In this document: in pieces, positions 1-13,490 of the stretch
Layout: each line of letters opens with the position of its first letter
How positions within the stretch are numbered: the first letter of the stretch is position 1
Source of the DNA: the human T2T-CHM13v2.0 reference genome, Homo sapiens
Length of the DNA: 64,000 bases
Assembly (NCBI RefSeq): GCF_009914755.1
Contig: NC_060927.1
Reading direction: 5' to 3' (one strand)
Translations under genes and position numbers: made by a program
The notes under the pieces: model-generated
What the model saw: only the letters and a program-made list of their open reading frames with translations
The model's database searches: none
Told to the model about the DNA's origin: nothing

Positions 1-99
1 TTAGCGAAGATAGTGACCCAGCAACAAAAGAAAAAGGGAAGCCAAGATTTTTAACTCCAGGGTTTCATCCATTTTCGCTAGTAAGAAACTAAATCTTCC

Positions 100-420
100 C
101 AGTAGAAAGGGTAGAATAAACATTGTAAAAACAAATTAAAGTTCTGGAAGATGAGTTGGTAGTAAATTATTATCTGGGCAATTTAAATGTCTTCAAATTT
201 CCAGGTCCAGAAAGACTTTATTGCAAGAATGGAGAAGAACGGGCACTAAATCATAGAGATTAAAGTGGGACAAAAATCTCAATTTTAAGAAATGGGAAAA
301 ATTAAGGATCAGCGAACTTAATGATGATTTCTAGCCAAATTCTAAAATGAACTGGAAGATAGATTGGTTATGTGAGTTTATTAAGAATTTATTTCTAGTG
401 ATGCAACTAAACTTATTTTT
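100..420 (+). mobile_element. CR1/L3 LINE ORF2 fossil fragment (further piece at ~785-840)
   Basis: Degenerate matches to CR1 ORF2 motifs: aatgtcttcaaatttccaggtccaga (~NVFKSPGPD) and tcaattttaagaaatgggaaa (~PIFKKG); caccaaactg...gacagaattagaattcaaa (~DTKL..DRIKIQ) at ~790. Confidence 0.55.
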
Positions 421-855
421 GTTTTCCATAAAGCAGCAAATCTGAAGTCTTTAGATATTTTTTATCTTTTTTTTCACTCAATCACGTGATAAAGTATACA
501 GGAAATACAAAGAGATTATAGTGGGGATACTAGTTCACTGTCACTCATGACTCATAGATGTCAAATTAATTGAAACATTTAACACCTTTCTCCCCCTAAA
601 AAATTACATTGCTTAATGGTGAAATACACACTGAAGGTATGTTTTCCAAGATGTGCCATAGAACATCTATGTCTATATCGATACATACATATGTACATGT
701 ATATATACATCAATGTCCATGTCTACGTCTCTATGTATCAATGGGCTGAATGTAAACAAAGAAAGAATGCTTTTGAAATCTGTAGGTAACACCAAACTGA
801 ATGGATGACAGAATTAGAATTCAAAGTGGTCCTAACATATGAAATCATTAACTTT

Positions 856-1190
856 TTTCATTTATTCGTCAAACACATATTGGAACTCTCAATTTGACAG
901 CCTGTTATGTACCACTATAAGCATGTGGATACAAAGGCAAAAAAGCCATTCCTCAATATGCACAGAGTCTGGAGAGACAGATGAGCATTAAATCAGAAAC
1001 AACACAAATGGCGAAGTGATATAGCAGGGGAGAGAAAAGGTGCCCTGGGAGCCGAGGAGAGGAAGTGTCTGTCTCTGCCTGGGGTAGAGGGAAAGACGAT
1101 TGGGACTGTATCACTAAAGAAGTTAGTCTCACACCAAATAGTGTTAATAAATAACCAGAAAAAGAGAGCTGAGATGAGGGAAGCTTACAC
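856..1190 (-). mobile_element. L2 LINE 3' fragment
   Basis: ttcatttattcgtcaaacacatattg start and L2-like body in reverse orientation. Confidence 0.55.
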
Positions 1191-4100
1191 AGAAAAGTCC
1201 TAGTGGTCAAAGTTGAACATAGCCTCAAAAAACGCCAATAATGTATTTTGCCTGAGATTTTTAAAAAATTCTAACAATTTCAAAATTTTTAATAGAAATA
1301 CTGCCCCTAAAGGATGGAAGAAAAGGAAGCCCTTGCTGCACTTTTTGACCCTTTTTGACACCAGTTCTCCATAGAAAGTAGCTAGATGCAGCAACATGAT
1401 TATAATGTGTTTTACAGATTCCAACAAAGGGAAAATCTCTCACAGCTGAAATGTACCTTTGTCACCTTTTTTATTTCTACAAAAGGGGTGTGCAATGTTT
1501 TGTAATAAAAACTCATCCCCAAAAAATGTTTTCTATTAAACAGATATTTTTTAAATGTCTAAACAAAACAAAACAAATATAAAATATTTTCTTTTGCTTT
1601 CAAATCTTTTTTTTTCTTTTTCCTAGAATCTTCCCGTGTAATGAACACAGCCCTCATTAGAGAAAGCATTCCTTCCAAAACTAAATTAACTTTTTCTTGA
1701 AAAGTTTGCAGTATGTAAGTCTCAGAATTGAAGAAAAACATATTTTACATAACTAAATTTGGTTTTCACTAAGTTAAAAAAAATTGAGTTTTAAACAACC
1801 AGGGAAGAAGATTAAAATTATACACAAACAGATAAATCATAGTGTCTGAATGATTACTTTTAGAAATCCAAATATAGACACACACACACCCCTCTAGAAA
1901 TATAGATTTAGTACTCAATAACGTGGTCACATCAGCTAACAACAGGCTGCTTTTCAGGGAGATCTCTCAAAGATATGGCTATTCAGATAAAAAGAGTCTC
2001 CAAACTAAATTTTAAAAAACTGTCTCATTTTCCTTTTAAAGTGTTCTGGTTTTCTTTGAAAGCAGAGCATCCCAAGTTGCCTAGGTAACATGATAGTTGA
2101 CTGTGGTAGCAACAAGCACATTCGGAATGGATCTATACTCCAGGTGACATGGTTAGGATGTTGTGAGTGTTGTGCCAACTCAGCATATAGCAATCCCTTA
2201 TTTGGAGAGAATAATCTATTGTCTTGTAAATTAAACTGTTGAATTAGTCAGGATGAATCTCTGGATATAAACAATTCAGACTGTCGAAATAAACTTCATT
2301 TGTTTAACTGCAACTCATGTGGGTGGCTGGGAAATGGAATCTAAAGCATTAACATCTGCTAAATTTGTGTAAAACATAGCAAACAAGAATCACATTAAAC
2401 CCAAGTAAATCGGTAAGTGACTTATTTATAGAAATATCTAATATTTACTATTAGGCTTTTTCATTCCTTTGGTTGAAATTCAGCTCTAAAATAGACAAAA
2501 CCTATGCCGATAATAAGGGTAGTAAAGGAATGGAACAATTATTCTCAGCTAATTTATGATATTAAAATTAGTCTTAGTGAAGGATACCATGCATAAAGAC
2601 ATAACTACAGTGTAGGCTGCTAGCAACATTGTCAAATATATGCTAGGCTTAAACTGGTGAAAAGATAGTTTCTAGGAAGTGACTTGCAACTATAATTGAA
2701 ATATACCTTGATAAGCATTACTATTGTTTTGAAGCCACCACCTTAAAGGAGATAGGAGCTAGGATGAGCCTCTTTGTTGACTGGACATTAGAGCTGGATC
2801 CACAGATCTAGGAGTTGAAGCAGAATGAGTCTAACTCATTAGCATGTAGGCCTAATGGAATGTCTTAGAAGTCTAAGCTATAATTCATTTGCTTGAAGTG
2901 CAAAGGTTAATGCAATGATGCCTTGTGTGTTTTATGGCTGTTACAGCTGGGAGAGTAGTTACCAACAGCTGTCTGTTAGCTTTAGCAATTATTTAGTCTA
3001 GGAAGACCAATCCTGCTTATTTAGCCCTGTTCTGTATGTATACCCACACACTCGATGCTTAACTAACAGGGTACACATAATATTTGTATAATATCTTTTC
3101 ATATTTATGTATAAACTATATTTGTGTGCTCTGTATAAAATACATGTTATATTTATGTGTGTGTATGTATACACACACACATTTGCCTGCCCTACTCTTG
3201 TTTTCTTGGTTCCAGGTGTTCTAAAATTCTTGGAATTGCCATTACCTAGTAGGATGTTATCATTAGCAGGAGTTTCAAGGTAGGAAACACCCTCATGACA
3301 TTTGGTATTAGAAGAAGATGCAAGGGGAAAGGGGGTAGCCCAGACACCTCCCGATGGTCTGCCTGTAGTTTTCCTGTAATTACTATTAGCACTTGGGGAG
3401 AACTAGGTAAAGAGATCCACTCGAGGAGGCAGATTCTCTGACTTCAGCTTTTCCCTTGATCAAATAGAGGCAGAAGTGACTGGATGATTTCTAAGGCATT
3501 TTTCAGTATTAAAAAACAATACCTGTCAGGGTCAAACCACAGCACACAGTGGCATCATGGTTTTCAGGCAGCTGCTAGAAACTAATGACCAAGAAAACAT
3601 CAGTGCCTGGGAGTCAGGGCATAAGTATTCTAACATCTGGATAAGAGGCCAAGAGCAGAAGAACCCAGGCAGAGAGAGCTGCGTATTTATCAGAAAAATC
3701 CAGTAACATGACAGGGGTGCATGCAGAAGGATCTCAGATGCGTGCATATGTTCAGTTTTCTTAATTCCCACGTCCTAACTCCTTAACTGCAAGCTAAAGG
3801 GAAGAACTATTTCTTGAACTAGAGCAATCAGGTATTAGTCAGGATCCATCTATTTCATTCTCCTTTCACTTCAAACTGACAACAATCTCCGTATGATGGG
3901 AGGCTAACTGCCCGGTGCCTTAGTTTTCCTCATACATAAAGAGGGAACAATGCAATGGTTTAATTAATATTTGTGATTATGGAGGAAATGAACTTGAACA
4001 GAATAAAATACAATTAAGCACATGGTAATCTTTCTTAAGGTGACTAGAGGGTCTCAATTAATTGTATTTTTCTCATAGAATATAAAAGTATAAATCTTTT

Positions 4101-4394
4101 ACCTCTTATGCTTGGTGTGGGGATGGTAGGTAGAAAGATTTCTACAAAAAAACCCCAAAACTAAACAACAACAAAGCATAGATATCAAGCAGAAATTTAA
4201 TGTTCTTAAAAATTCTTTAGTCATGATTTATCAAAACAGAAACTACAGAGGAGGAAGCCAGATGTTACAGTGTGCCTTTTCTTTCATTTCCTTCTCCTGC
4301 TAGCTGTATCCCATTCTATTAATACATATTTAATAGGAACATCACTTCAGAATTTTCTAAGAAAAAAATGTGAGAAGGAACATTTTTTTAACAT

Positions 4395-4655
4395 AGCCCA
4401 GTGCAGTTGTCAAATTATGGACTCCAGAGTCTGGCAGCTTGGGTTCAATTTGTGGCTCTGCATTTCCCGGTGTTGTGACCTTGGGCAGGTTAATTAACCT
4501 GTGTGTGTGCCTCAGCTTTCTAATCAATAGGAGGAAATAATAGATTTACCTCATGAGTTGTCATTAGGACTTAAGGAATGAAAACAGGTAAAGGACTTAG
4601 AGCAGTATCTAGCACACAGTAAAAACTCAATAAATATTAGCTACCATTGTATTAA
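4395..4655 (+). mobile_element. MIR SINE, near full length
   Basis: MIR core tgtgaccttgggcaggttaattaacc...cctcagctttct and 3' end agcacacagtaaaaactcaataaatattagct. Confidence 0.85.
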
Positions 4656-4676
4656 TATTCTTTCTTTCATTCCTTC

Positions 4677-5410
4677 TGATACGGAAAGGAGGCAGGGAAA
4701 TACCGAGTAGAAGAGGGCGGTTCGCCGGTAAAGACCCCACCCACCAGCCTGGGCCTACAGCCCTAAATGAGAACTTCACATCCTTGTTTTCCTGCCCGGA
4801 TGTTGCTTTTTCCAAAACCACGCTGACCCGCCATGCCCCCATCCTTCACCCATAATCTCCCCAAATCCACTGGCAGGGGAGCAGAGCAGTGTAGCAGAGA
4901 AGCAGAGAAAAGAAGTGTCTGAATGTCGAAGAGGAAGCTGGACGGTGGGAAAGAAGTTTGGCCAGGGACAGCCGAACTCCAGGGGAAGATTATTTTCACA
5001 CTCCATCCCCTTCCAGCTCCGCATCCCACTGAGAGCCGCCTCCATCACACAATAAAACCTCTGCATTCATCATCCTTGCAGTCCATGTGACCTGATTCTT
5101 CCTGGACACCAGACAAGGACCCGGGTACCAAGAGGGCAGGGTGTAAAAGGCTGTCACCCTGACTCTCCACTGAGCTGTTTCACATTTAGCTGTCCACGGG
5201 CAGCAACTGCTGAAAGAGCATTAACTGTAACACACCCTTAGATGCTACTGTGGGGCTGAAGCTCAAAAGCGCTCGCCCCGGCCCTGGCAGCCACTTGCCT
5301 GTGTGCTCCTGCTCCCACAAGGGTTTTGAGCACATGGCCGAGTAAACAGCCACTCGGCCACACCCCTGTCGCAAGTTCCATGAACGGGGCCAGGGAACTC
5401 TCCTATCTCA
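4677..5410 (+). mobile_element. Solo ERV1 LTR, LTR1-family-like (734 bp)
   Basis: TG...CA termini; 4-bp TSD cttc (4673-4676, 5411-5414); start tgatacggaaaggaggcagggaaatac...agaagagggcggtt resembles LTR1; AATAAA at 5051-5056. Confidence 0.85.
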
Positions 5411-5475
5411 CTTCTACATCTCTATTCCCTGCTCTACTTTTTATTTCCATTAACATGTTCTAATTGCTCAAAAGA

Positions 5476-5507
5476 GGGCTAGGGTTTGTGGGGGGTGGGG
5501 AGGGGGG
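5476..5507 (+). other. G-quadruplex-forming motif
   Basis: gggctagggtttgtggggggtggggagggggg: five G-runs of 3 or more with short loops. Confidence 0.6.
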
Positions 5508-5849
5508 AAGAAAACTTTGCTGTCTTACAATTTGCTTCTTTTAATGATAGTTCCTATATTAATCATAAAAATTGTTGACACTTCTATGGGAATTAGAGGC
5601 AAAATGACAGAACAAAGTCTACCTGTGCATGTGCCTACATGTGCACACCCACCCCCATGGAGTAAAAATGAAACCTAATGGGGCCTAGAAGAGAAAAGAG
5701 AAGACATTATCTTCAAATATCATTTAGGGAATTGAAGAATAATACAGTTTTATAATAATATTTTACATGAACAAATTTCCCCTCTTTTGAGAAGAGCTTA
5801 ATGTGCTTAATTTGCTTTTCATTTATATTAATCATTTCTTGTCTCTATT

Positions 5850-6035
5850 AAAGCACTTATCACATTGTATTGCAATTTATCTATTTATACGTCTATCTTC
5901 CCTACTAGACCATGAAATCCTTGAAGACAGAGGCTCAATATGATTCATCTTTCTAACCTCAGGTCTAATATAGTGCCCCAGAAAATCACAGATACTCAAT
6001 TAATATTTCTTGAATAAACAAATAAATGAATAAAC
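5850..6035 (+). mobile_element. L2 3' end
   Basis: ccctactagaccatgaaatccttgaagacagagg...tgaataaacaaataaatgaa, typical L2 terminus. Confidence 0.75.
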
Positions 6036-6719
6036 TCCTCTATCATATTGTTGGTTTAATTAGTTTCCATTATAGATAGTTCAAATTACATATGCTTTAA
6101 GCAGGCCTATAAACTTACAAAAATCTACATTTGTAATTTAAGCAGATGCAGTGTTCCACAAAAGAATGCTTTTTAAAAGAATCTGGTCATAGGTTGTTGA
6201 AATACGAAACTTCTTGGTAGCCCAAATTTTGGACTTGGTAGTTCAAAGTTTTTGAGGAAAATTGGCCATGTCATTAAGAGATAATATCTTACCCTCTTTG
6301 GGCCAGGTCAGACGGTAACAACAGGAGTTTTATTCCTGCTGTTCTTTCACCCTACACACATACCCCATTTGCAGATCTGTCTCTATTGGGTTGGTCTCGT
6401 TCTCTCCCAAACAGGGACTCTGGTCCTGAGAAAGTATTACTAAAAAGTGCCATTCTCAGAAGGGGTAGTTCAGGAACAGTGTCAGTTTGAACCTAGTTTT
6501 TCTTGCTCTAGAATTTCTGCCTGTATTTTGACCCCCTTTTACTTGGACCCTTATGGTCCCCCCGCCTCCCTTGGCCTAGAGTATTTAGGTCTCCAAGCCT
6601 GTCCTGTGTTTCTGATCTTTGATTTTCCTGAGAATGGCCTAGTCTCTTTTTGCTCTATACTTGAACTGGCGTCTCAGATTGTAAGATCATACAATGGTTA
6701 CACTGGATAAGAGCTTAAG

Positions 6720-6860
6720 AGTCAAACAGATGAGGAATGTAAGGACTAGAGAAGTGCAGTGACCTACCCTAGGGTAACTCAGCAACTTAGTGTCAGTGCC
6801 AGAGCTGGAGCTAAGCTCCCTTGTTTTCGTCTCCAGACCTTTCCCATTATATCATGAGGA
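6720..6860 (-). mobile_element. MIR fragment
   Basis: acagatgaggaa...agagaagtgcagtgacctaccctagggtaactcagc is the reverse MIR core. Confidence 0.6.
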
Positions 6861-7399
6861 TCTGGTTAACTTGTTCATAAGAATGTTAAAACTGAAGGCT
6901 CTACTTCTTCACCTGGCTTACATTGTAGGTCCTGATTGACTTCTTATCATAATTTCAAGGATTCAGGCTAATTAGAACTTTCATATCAGTTCCACTCTCT
7001 TGGTTTTTATCAACAGCTGGGCCTGCTCTTTTTCTGTCTTTTCTAGCTACACTTTGGAAGACTTGGCACTGAGAAAATTCATGTGGTTACTACACACTGC
7101 CTTAAGACATTACAGAGTCCCCCAGGCTTCAGGGGAGAGGCCAGAACATGCACAACCAGCAGATGCAATCTTTCAACAAATGCTCGCATGCAGACTATGG
7201 ACCACTGACTGGATGCATGTAAAGAGATTTCTCATAGAAACTTATATCCTCTTTTCTTTCATTTCTGATCAGAAAATCTCCTTGATTTTCTATATTTACT
7301 TGAATGACTTGCCTAGTTTGAAGCTTTAATATTCCAAATCTCATCCTCTGTCAGTAATTTCTGTAATTATTCCTTGCTTTTTCTTGATCTACTCTCTAT

Positions 7400-7668
7400 T
7401 GTTGTGTTTTTCAAACCATGTATTGTGACATATTAGCAGGTTGTGAAATCAATTTAGTGAGTTTCAATAATTTAAAAAATCAATAGAAAAGAAGGAGAAA
7501 ATAGAATAGATCATGCATAGAAAGGTAAACATCGCCTTGGGAAACTTTTAAATATAGATATAACCTATATCTGAGTATGAATAGATGTATGTGTGTATCT
7601 CGATAATAAGTAGAATCTATTTTTTTTTTTTTGGTAGATCATGATCAAAATCACTTCAAAGCCATTGA
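7400..7668. mobile_element. hAT-Charlie MITE (MER112-like)
   Basis: tttcaaacc...gtgaaatcaatttagtg...tcaaagccattg ends resemble the hAT MITE consensus. Confidence 0.55.
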
Positions 7669-7880
7669 CCTAGACTGTATTTACTTCTAATGAGAAGATA
7701 TGAAGTTGGGATGTTATTTTTCTTAGGAATTGTTCAGTGATTTTCATTCTCAACTTGTAAAATCAAGTGTATTTTCAGAAACGGGAGGAGGAAAACAGGC
7801 TCACAATAACCGCTTTAGCTCTGGGTTGCACAGAAAGTGTGCAATCAGATTTCTAATGCTATTCCGGTGAACTGAAAGTC

Positions 7881-7977
7881 TAAATCAATTTTTAAAGATA
7901 TGATTTATATGCAAATTTTCAGAACACCAGGTACTGTATAAAAGAAGGTGCATGTATTCTCTCGCCACCTTCAGTTA
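7881..7977 (+). promoter_or_regulatory. Candidate promoter/enhancer module (PBX-HOX-like sites, octamer, TATA, Inr-like)
   Basis: taaatca 7881-7887; TGATTTAT 7901-7908; ATGCAAAT 7909-7916; TATAAAAG 7937-7944; ttcagt ~7970-7975; locally raised CpG. Confidence 0.35.
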
Positions 7978-10900
7978 ACACCGCAGATCAGTCAATTCCT
8001 AGCTCTCTACGGTGCTTTTCTTCTTTGCATATTGTTCTGCTACTCTTTTACTACATTAAAATCTTAAAATATTTGACTAGTATCTCTGGAGAATATAATT
8101 ACTGCAGATGTGTGCTCGAGATACTCTTACCTACTTTGAGGAAGGTAGGGGCAAAAGAGATGAAGGGAAGAATTGCTGTGTAAATCCTTTATGTGTCTGA
8201 AAAGTAAATTAGCAAAGAAGGAATGGAAAAAGAGTAAAGAATGTCTTTAGACTGATAATTTTAAAATCCGAAAAAAAAAGTAGCTTCCAGCCATCCAGAG
8301 TGTAAAGTTTTTAATGCTTTGTTTTCTTATATTTAAAGGAAACACAAGCATGCAAAATATACAATTAAAAACAATGAATAGAAATGATCTTTTTTGAAGA
8401 TTAGAGATGAAAAGGAATGCAGACATAATTAAAGGTCTGAGGAGAGGAGATGGTTGTAAATCAGTCATTTCCATCACACTCAAATGTGATTTATAGAAAA
8501 TTACAGCTGTTTCTGGCACCAGACCAAGAATGGCTAGAAGAATGTTCCCCCCATCCCAACACCCAACCCCATTTTTAAATGTTTGTTTGAGTGACAAATT
8601 TCTTTTTCAGTGGTTAAAACAAAACTCCATGAACCAGAAAATAGGTAAACTCCAGAGAGCTATGGCAGTATGCATACCACCAGATGGGCAGATCCTCCAA
8701 CAACCCCTCAACTCAATTCTCTCCAGCTCTCAAAGGATGAGCTGATTATTATTCTTCAACTGACAAGGGAGACCCTATGACCCCTATGTTATTCTGCCAC
8801 CAAGAATAGTACAAGAAGAGTCACAGAATTTAGAGAGGTAAAAGGCCTGAGACATTGTCTAACTTTTTTATTTGGTCAATATAGACATTGTGGCTTAAGA
8901 AAATGAAAAGACTTGTTCAAATGTATCCAAGTATCAATGGTAAAATGAACTCGACTCACTACTGGGCCAGTTCTATAAACCATTAAGCACCCCAGATTTG
9001 TTTAGATAAACAATTTAACTCTGATAATTTTAAAAAGAAAGTACATGTTTTGAATGAACCAAAACCCAAGATCATGTTCCCCATAGTTATTAAAACTGAA
9101 AGGACATTTTACAAAAGGGACATTCACTTTATGTCCAGCCAAGTCCAATGTTAAGACCATTAGATTAGTCACATTGGTCAGTGATGTTAATTCATTTGCC
9201 CAAGGTCACACAAAACATAAGAGGTGGAGTTTGAGACTCTGGTGTATTTGATTCCAAAGGGCATTCTTTAACCTCTGTGTTCTGCCAATGTGAAATTAGT
9301 AGCAGCAGATCTGAGGACTAAAGTACAGATATGAACATAATCTAGCTGCTAACACTTACTTCCCATAATGTTCTAGAGTAAGATGTTGCTGGACAATGAG
9401 AGATATTACTTTCATTTATTAAGGTTTATCAAAAGTGATTCTAGTTATGACACCACCAGCCAGAGTTGTGCACATCAGGCAATCCTCAAGTTGTATAGCC
9501 TTTGGAAATATGTTGGCTTTTTCTGAATAAAGATTTCATGGTATTTACTGCAGCCACAAACTCAAAACCAATTTCAGTGGGTTGGCTATAGTTACAAACC
9601 AAGGTACAGTGCAGGCAGTACCTCATTATAAATGCTGCCTTTCCTGTGCTTCACTTGTCTTATGAGAGAAAGGGAGCTTTCTCGTAAAGTTCCGACCCTC
9701 CTCATCTTCAAAGGTCCCCTTAATTCCAATGGCAAATTTTGCTACAAATGACTTCAGCTTATGACATTGCCTATTTACTCTCAGCACAATTTCTTACTCT
9801 TAAAAATATATATATAATGAAGTAAGACACAATTGGAAGAGAAAATAAAATAAGTTTCACAGTGAGATAGTGTTCCTCTTCATTATTCTTATTAGGACAA
9901 TTTCTCTTATCAAAGCTACTTTCCTTTGGCCACAGAACAGGGGCTTTTATTCCAGCTAGCAGGCAATGTTGTCAATTATTATTTCTGGCCCTTCTAGTAT
10001 CTGTCTTTAAGTCAGTCAGATGAAAGTGTTCCACTTAAACAAATATCAGAGTGGCACCATTACTATGGCAACCAGAAACAAGAGCTTTCTAAGATGGAAA
10101 AAAAAAGTCCATGAGGAAGGAGAGGTATTATTTATTTTGCATTAAATGAAATGCATGCAAGTGTAATCGTTGAAAAAAGCCTAGAATATTAAGAAGAGAT
10201 AATGGAATAGCCTCCCTCAACCCCACCCTCACACTTTACCTGCTTTTCATTATTGTGAGCAAAATCATAATCCTTCAGTGGAAGAATTTAGCTTTCTTTC
10301 ATGAGGACTACCAAACAATATCAATTATTTCAAGCCATTTACTATTAAAAGTCTTGTAGAGTTCATTTGGAAAATAAATGCACATATGCCCTACATATTT
10401 AACAAGGAGATATTGATAATAAGAGCTTATGACTCTCAGCTGAGTTCCTAAAAATCCAATTTTCAATCATATATAGATCAAATGTCAGTCCACATGTGAA
10501 TCTCAGTAGCCTTGTTTGAGACTGGAGAAAGGGATTTAAATTTGCCAGTGGAACTGTCTTTGAGAGCACATTTCAGATGTTAGTAGGCATCAAGCTTGAA
10601 CATCTTAGTGGCTGAATTTAAATTCCTTTAAACTTGTTTTTAAACCAATTCTAGTTACATATTTAAACATTTCATATGTTTTTATCTCCCATCATGCTTT
10701 CATTCAAAATTAGTATAAAATAATACACCATAAAGACCAGTTGTATTTCTAACATATCTACACACTTAAATATATTTAGTGTTCTTGCCAGAACATATTT
10801 TGAAATCTTGAGGCTGAAGGGATGTTATTGTTTAGTCATGTAATATAGATATTTAGAAAAAAGCTCATACTTTATTGTTCAGAATGTCATTATTTTTATT

Positions 10901-11739
10901 GTCCTGGATAAATTAAAGATAAAACTAGAAGCACTAGTGAGAAAATTACTGAGTTATGCTTTTCTTCTAAAATAGAGTTGTGCAACTACCTCCTTGTGAG
11001 ACAAGGACCCCGCTGTCTTAGTGACACAAAGTGGGTAAGAAATGAGGAGATTGTTTCCTCTCATTTGTTCTTCAGGATTCTCTAGATACTGTTTTCTGGT
11101 GCCATGGAAATTTCTAAATGAGAGAGTCTGAGACAGACTTTACAGAAATTGTCTCCACCTGCTGAGTTAGGGACCAGGACAGTCTTGGCCTGAAACAAAG
11201 ACCAAAAAAGAAATTGGCTAATGATTCAATGTTCTCTCATGTTTTATTTTGCCTGAGTGAAAAAATCTTGCTATTTCAAAATAAAGTTTTCAGTTTAAAC
11301 ACACCTTACCAGAAAGTGTAAAGTACACTCCTCTGATGATGTTAACTAGATAATTTAGCACTTTCCACAGAATCTTCAGTCCTGTAAGCACTGCTTAGGG
11401 AGGAAATGTAACTAGAAGAGCCGATAAATGCTAGTAAATTCTTTCTTAGTAAGAATTAGGCCCAGGGACCTGGCTGTCATGAAACTCTTGCCCCTTAGCC
11501 TAGGCTAGCAGCTTTAGACTTGCCATCTTAAAAGGCACAGGGAAAGAGTTGATGAGTGTTGTAATAGTATGAAAAAAGCAATAAACAGAAGTTAGAAAAC
11601 TCAGCTTCTCATTTCCATTCTTCCTGCTTTTCTTTGTCAGTGTGGAGGAGTAATATCTTTCAAAGCAAAGCAATATCTTTGGAGCTAATGGGAAAGATCA
11701 TTTCTTTCTTTCTTTTTTTTTTGAATAAGAATTACATGA

Positions 11740-12325
11740 AGTGTCAGTTCCAGAATATTAATCTGAAAAGGGTTCTGGGGCAAATAATTTTGGGAAATGC
11801 TAGGTGACCCAAAGTTAAACAGGCCTCTTTCCTATGGGAATTCTCAGGGCCCTTCATAAGGTAATTATGTTGTGACTCTCCAGAAGGGAGTTAAATATGC
11901 CATTTTTCCCAATCATGTTTGACTACATACATTTTTTTTCTTTTCTATTTTTTTTTTTTTTTTTTTTTTTTGAGACAAAGTCTCGCTCTGTCACCCAGGC
12001 TGGAGGGCAGTGGCATAATCTTGGCTCACTGCAGCCTCTACCTCTGGGGTTCAAGTGATTCTCATGCCTCAGCCACCCCAGTAACCGGGATTACAGGCAC
12101 GCACCACCACCTTGTTTGGCTAATTTTTATATTTTTACTAGAGATGGGGTTTTGCCATCTTGACCAGGCTGGTCTCGAACTCCTGACCTCAAGTGATCTG
12201 CCCACCTCAGCCTCCCAAAGTGCTGGGATTACAGGTGTGAGCCACTGTGCTCGGCCATACATAATTACTTTAATTAAAAATCTTGAAAGATGATGTTTCT
12301 AAGAATAAACTTTGAGGAGGCTGAT
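11740..12325. mobile_element. hAT-Charlie (Charlie4a/MER80-like) element split by an Alu
   Basis: gggttctggggcaaataattttgggaaatgct...aaagttaaacagg...ttctcagggcccttcata; resumes after the Alu at ~12257. Confidence 0.55.
11932..12256 (-). mobile_element. Alu (old S/J), full length
   Basis: Poly-T followed by complete reverse Alu dimer ending tcggcc. Confidence 0.97.
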
Positions 12326-12519
12326 CTCATCCAAAATTTTTGCCTTATTGAAAAGGAAACTGAGGCCTAGAAAGCTTAAATGATTTGCCTAAGAACCCAA
12401 AGCTGAGAAAAAAGGCTATGAGTATCCCAACGCTGAATCCAGTCATCATAAAGCTTGCCGAGAGCTTCTATTTCAACTGAACCAGCATCACCACCCTTCT
12501 TCTCTCCATAGTAAAGAAG

Positions 12520-13490
12520 TCTAAAGTTTAACATAAACCTCCCCTATGATCCAATTACTCTTCTCCTAGCTATTACCCAAGAGAAAAAAATGAGACTATG
12601 TCCACATAAATAATTGTACATGAATGCGCTTATCAATTTTATTTCTAATAGCCTCAAACAGGAAAGAATCCACATGTCCATCATAAATGAATAGATCAAT
12701 AATATGTGGTATATCCATACAGTGGAAGAGTACTCAGAAGTAGAAAGGAATAGATGCTTGATACATGTAACAACATGGATGAATTGTCAAAGTCATTACA
12801 CTAAGTGAATGAAGCCAGACAAAAACCACTACAAACTGTATAATTTCATATATATAAAATTCTAGAAAGTTCAGATTAATCTATAGTGACAGAAAACAGA
12901 TCAATGGTTATCTATAGGCAGGAGGGGGCCAAGAACGGCAGGAGGGAGACTGTATTAGTCCATTTTTATGCTGCTGATAAAGACACACCCAAGACTGGGA
13001 AACTTACAAAGGAAAGAGTTTTAATGAACTTACAGTTCCACATGGCTGGGGGAGCCTCACAATCATGGCAGAAGGCAAGGAGGAGCAAGTCACATCTTAC
13101 GTGGATGGCAGCAGGCAAAGGGAGAGCTCATGCAGGGAAACTCCCCTTTATAGAACTATCAGATCTCATGAAACTTATTCACTCTCATGAGAACAGCACA
13201 GGAAAGACCTGCCCCCATGATTCCATTACCTTTCACTGGGTACCTCCCATAACATGTGAGAATTCAAGATGAGATTTGGGTGGGGACATAGCCAATCCAT
13301 ATCAGAGACATTACAAAGAGGCATAAGAAAACATTTGGGGATGACAGAAATATTTATTAACTTGCTTGTGCTATGGTTTCACAGGTGTGTACACATGTTG
13401 TAACTGATCAATGTGTACACTTTAAATATGGGCAGTTTGTTATATGACAATTATAATTCAACAAAACTGTCTTAAAAAAAAGAAAAGTTT
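12520..13490 (+). mobile_element. Old L1M (L1MC/MD/ME-type) 3' end, interrupted by THE1 LTR
   Basis: tatgatccaatt...atgtggtatatccatacagtggaa...ctatagtgacagaaaacagatcaatggtt; resumes at 13305 and ends in an A-tail. Confidence 0.85.
12951..13304 (-). mobile_element. THE1A/B solo MaLR LTR (354 bp)
   Basis: tgtattagtcc...ccatatca; perfect 5-bp TSD gagac (12946-12950, 13305-13309). Confidence 0.95.

Noticed and set aside
12886-13272. 128-aa ORF
   Set aside because: Chance read-through of the L1M-THE1 junction
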